From positions 4,399 to 68,398 of the forward strand of contig MCFE01000478.1 of assembly GCA_002104905.1 (NCBI GenBank): DNA of 64,000 nt. The letters run 5' to 3'. This document shows, piece by piece, positions 59,661-64,000 of the stretch. The position numbers and the translations under genes are program-made. Source of the DNA: Basidiobolus meristosporus CBS 931.73. Taxonomy: Eukaryota; Fungi; Basidiobolomycota. The stretch's first letter is position 1; the number at the start of each line of letters is the position of its first letter. A model generated the notes under the pieces. The model was not told the DNA's origin. It saw only the letters and a list, made by a program, of their open reading frames with translations, and made no database searches.

Positions 59661-62600
59661 TGTGGTGGTGTATAAGTCCAAGGGAGAGATACGTCCAACA
59701 CTTCTCAAGTGTTTTGTGTGTTGGGTGTTCACTGGGTGCAATAACTTCTGACAAAAGCTTGCTAGGAATACTTGGGTTCTGTCTCTAATCTAATGTGAAG
59801 GGGAATAAAGCCACAAGCTTGTCAAGCAAAAACTATTGAGCTACAATCCCCAACTTAGTTGGCATCTTAACAAAAGTATGTGCTGGGTTCAGCGTCCTTT
59901 GAGATGACAATGTACTAAAGCTTCCAAAGTCAAAACAACTGTAAACTCCACCAGCAGGGACTTGATAAGAATGCAGCTTTGGTCAATAGTTACAAAGACA
60001 GAAAAGTATCTTTGCCTGTACAAGAACAAACTTGGGAAAGAATCAAATATAATAAAAGATACCTACTCTGAGTATTCCTCACAAGTAGTGCCTCCAAGGT
60101 CAGTTGGCTGTCAGCGCGGTTTCCTGGGAGTGTCCTGTGGTCTGGGGTTGGAAGTTCAGGTAGCAGCAGGTAGCAGTGATCACACTAATCAACAAGTCGG
60201 TATATTGATAAAAGGGATGATGATTTATTGTTGAGGGATAGCCTCCCTTATATACTTTTCTCACTGGCTAAGTGATTACTAATCATGGTGTTCCAGAAGG
60301 TTCCAGAGATCAATAGAAATCTTAATGACATCAGAATGACCTAAGAATGTTCTAAGTAGGTGCCGGAAGGTTCTAAGAGGCACAGCACATCCAACCAATC
60401 AGGAATCAGTATTCTGAAACCTGTGTAACATGGGGATACCATATATGGTATGGATATGGTAGGGATGGTGACACGGGCTGATCATGTGTCACGGGTACTG
60501 GCGCGGGTACTTGCCTAATATAGAAGTACTTATAGCTAGTAATCTTACATAAAGTGAGGGGTAACTTATGCAATAAGGTAAGCAGGTGTGATAGTCAACT
60601 GGCTTATGGGATAGTACTGATTGGGTAAGACAAATGGGATAACACTAAAATAAGTGTAGTAGAGATATAGGGAAGTAGAAAATAAGGGAATGAGCACATC
60701 TGTCAGTGGATGTCACTGTCACCCCACTACATCCACCCCCCTCTCAGCTTTGAACTTGGGTCAAAGCAAACTAATCTTGATGTGCAAAATTCCTATGCTT
60801 GAATAACTTAAGTCAATTTCCAGCAACTGGTGCTCTCAACTGGGTGTTGTCAAGCTCAGATATGTAATAACTTCCATTTCCAATCACTTTGGAAATGAGG
60901 TAGAGGCCAGTCCATTTGTTGTCAAACTTCCAACTCCATTGCTTGTCCAAGGTAGAATCATAGGGTAATACTGGGTCTCCTAGTGATAGTGGTTTTGGTC
61001 TTGTTGGGTGTGATTTGTCAAAGGGCACCTTGTTCTTTAGTCATGTATCCTTAAGTTGTTCAGCAGCTCTGCTGATATTCAAGTCATGGTGATCAAGTTG
61101 CTGTATGCAAGTTGCAAGGAGGTCTTCAGTCTGCATATTGGATCTCCAATTCAATGAGTTCCAAGTGACTGTGTTTAACTCAACTAGTAGTATGCAGTTA
61201 TGTCCATAGAGTAGCTTGAATGGCAATAATCCAGTTGTCCTCTTAGTAGTAATTCTATCTGCCCAGAGTGCTAGATGTAATTGCTGTGGCCACAGTGTTG
61301 TGTTATTCTCACAGGTCTTAACAAGAGAGTTCACCAATGATCCATGTCCTCTCTCTATCATACCATTGGCTTGAGGGTGGTAAGCTGTTGTAAAAGCAAT
61401 GTGTATCTTGTACTTTGAGCACAACTCCTGGATCATTTGGGATGTCATCTCTCCTCTGTCAGCAACAAACTGTTGGATGCAGCCAAATCTGCAGATGATG
61501 TCTTCAAGTATAAATCTCCATATGGTATGGCTCTTGTTGTTGGGCAAGGCTTGAGCCTCTGCCCATCCACTAAGGTCATCTCTAGCAACAATCAGGTACT
61601 TTTTTGATCCAGCTGTTGGCATGTGGACAAGGTCAATACCAACCTTTTGCCATAGACAGATTGTGTAAGTAGGATGCAGTGGTTCTTCATAACGCTTTGA
61701 GGATCTCTTCTGGCAGGCTACACATGACTCAACAAAGTGTTGGATATCATAGTACATGTTTTCCCAGTAGTACCTCTGAGCTGTAGTATTGTATGTGGCT
61801 TCTTGTCCTCTATGTCCTCCTGGTTCTCCTTGGTGGATACTTGTCATGATGTTCAGTTGCTCTTGAGGGGTAGTGACTACTCTTCTTGGCATAAGTCCAG
61901 GTTTCACTCGCTTAAAGAGAAGATCATCTTTAAGATAGTAGTGGTGTGCCTTCTTCCTGAGTTTTCTAAACTCCTGAATATCTATCCAACTAGGTTTCTT
62001 AAGTGTCCTTAGATATTACTTGATCAGACTCCAGGTAGTTCTCTCTTGGTCTTTGATGGCAATCTGTTGGATCTCTGCATCAATAATATCATCAAAGTGA
62101 GGGTCCAAGTCTTCAAATAATTGTGGTCCCTTCCTGGAGAGTGCATCAGCCACAACATTTGTCTTGCCAGGGATATGTTTGACCTCAAAGTCAAACATTT
62201 TCAGCCTTGCCATCCATCGGTTTGTGGCATCATCAGGTAGGTCAGGCTTGTTGATCATTCCTATCAGTGGCTTGGCATCTGTCTCCAGGATAAAATGTGT
62301 CATGTAGAGTTGTGACTTCAGTTTCCTCAGCATCTTCACAACTCCTAGTAGTTCTCTCTTAATCTGTGAGTATCTTTGTTCTCTAGGAGAGAATAGGCAG
62401 CTCTCATATCTGCAGGCATAGCGGTTGCCATCTTCATCATCTTGTCCAAGTAGTGCTCCAGCTCCTATGGGGCTTGCATCCACTGTCAAAATAGGTGGGC
62501 ATTCAGTGTTTTGATAGTCAAGAGGTCTCAGAACTGGTGGAGATACTAAGGCCTCTTTCAGTAATTGCATGGCTTCTTCTTGCTCTTCTCCCCAGATAAA

Positions 62601-64000
62601 TGGGGTGTTCTTTCTCTGTAGTTGGTAAATTGGTTCTGCTATCTCAGAAAATCTTGGGATCCAGATCCTAAAGAACCCACAAGCAGCCACAAAGCCACGA
62701 GCTTGTGTGAGATTTGTGGGGGTAGGCCAGTTGCATATCTTTTGTGTCTTGGAGTCTCCAGGTGAACGACCAAAGGTGTTGCATTTTTGTCCAACAATGG
62801 ATATCTCTGATACACCAAAGCTGCTTTTCTCACCACTGATGGTGAGTCCAGCTTCTTCAATGGCTCCTAATATGGCATCATTGTCTGCAATATGGTCATA
62901 GACAAACTTTCTTACTCCAGGCATAACTTCAGTGGTGTCCCGGAATTTTGATCCTTTGATGCCTATGTCATCCACAAAGACAGCAAGTTTCTCAGGTATA
63001 AACTGATACAGCACATTTACCATGCATCTCTGGAACTGAGCCACGGAGTTTGTAGCCCCTTGACTGAGTCTTGTCATCCTTAACAGTCCAAATGGTGTCT
63101 GTAGTGCAAACATATCTCTTGATGTCTCATCAAGGGGGATCTGGTCATATCCTGAGTAGAGATCATATATTGAGTAGATGGAGTGGCCACTAAAGCTTTC
63201 TGCAAAGTCATCAATAGATGGAGGTATAGCAGCATCTCTGATAGTGACAGCATTTGCAGGTTGCATGTCTTGAATGAATTGGAGCTTTCCATTCTCCTTT
63301 TTGGTCACAAACCATCTGTTAGCATAGGGTCCATGGCAAGGTTCTAGGATACCAGCTTCTATCTTCTTCTTAAGTAGGTCATGCACATCAGCTTGGAGTC
63401 CTCTGGGCAGTGGGTAAGGCTTAAATGACCAGGGTGTGTGGGGCACTGTATGAATCTTGATGGGTTTTTCAACCAATGTCTTTAAGAGTCCCATCTCCTT
63501 GTCATTATATGAGAAGACCTTATCATGCCTTTTCAAGGTCTCCTTGAATAATAGTATCTCCTCTGGTGTTAGGTTTCCATCACCAATGATAAGTTGCTTA
63601 AGTCTCTCAGGTGTAAGTTGTATATCATCTGGTGTTTTTTCTGGTGGTCTAATGTAATCAGCAGGTCAAGATCCATCAGTCAGTGGGGTAAGTGATGGTC
63701 TAATCTTCTGTTCTACTGTCTTGTATTTTGTTTGAACCATAGCTGTTTGCTCCTGTATACCTAATGAGCAGCTCCAAATGTTGGGATGTATATTGTCAGG
63801 CTCTTCATCTTCTTCCATAACAAGATGTGCCTTCTGGCAAGCAGTATGTGTCCTCTTATTGTTGGGTGTTACACCACAGAAGGTTGACTGTAGTCCTGGG
63901 TTGGATCCTTGTATGGTGTACCATACTGACCCATCGGAATAGTTGGTAGTTGTAGACTTAGTACTGGTTTCCATGGTCTACCTAGCAGAAGGTCAAAGTT
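59661..64000 (-). mobile_element. Ty3/gypsy element B nested in element A: RT-RNaseH (62016-63536), integrase (61041-61907), PPT, 3' LTR 59661-60731; runs off the window
   Basis: DLYSGYDQI, QGATNS, VFVDDIGIK, TVDASPIG, RELLGVV, HQGEPGGHRG, GIDLVHM, YHPQANGMIER; PPT GAGAGGGGGGTGGA abutting TGTAGTGG. Confidence 0.92.

Overview
Eukaryotic, intron-containing fungal genomic DNA: short GT-AG introns with CTAAC/CTGAC branch points and a fungal alpha-aminoadipate lysine pathway gene. The gene families suggest an early-diverging fungus (Zoopagomycota/Mucoromycota-like), which is inference only. About 1-46.5 kb is gene-dense: MFS transporter, neutral ceramidase, Top3 with a long zinc-finger tail, NUDT15-like hydrolase, Cti6-like PHD protein, ARG8, an intronless FAD/NAD(P)-binding oxidoreductase, a large membrane protein, homocitrate synthase, MUB1/samB, SDHAF3, a GNAT, an intronic snoRNA locus, RPA1, two inverted ADP/ATP carriers, a cyclin K-like gene and CHCHD2/MIX17. 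About 46.6-64 kb is a CpG-depleted nest of decayed transposons: Copia gag fragments, a MITE-like foldback, a CACTA-type transposase, a chromovirus and a second Ty3/gypsy element with its solo LTRs. The most notable structure is a 2.9 kb unique insert carrying an 851-aa CreE/FzmM/YdhS-like flavoprotein gene. It lies between two direct copies of the ARG8 locus, and one copy has a diverged 5' end. A second, older duplication (AAC plus cyclin) shows the same reciprocal-decay pattern. All domain calls come from motif recognition by eye; no database searches were run.
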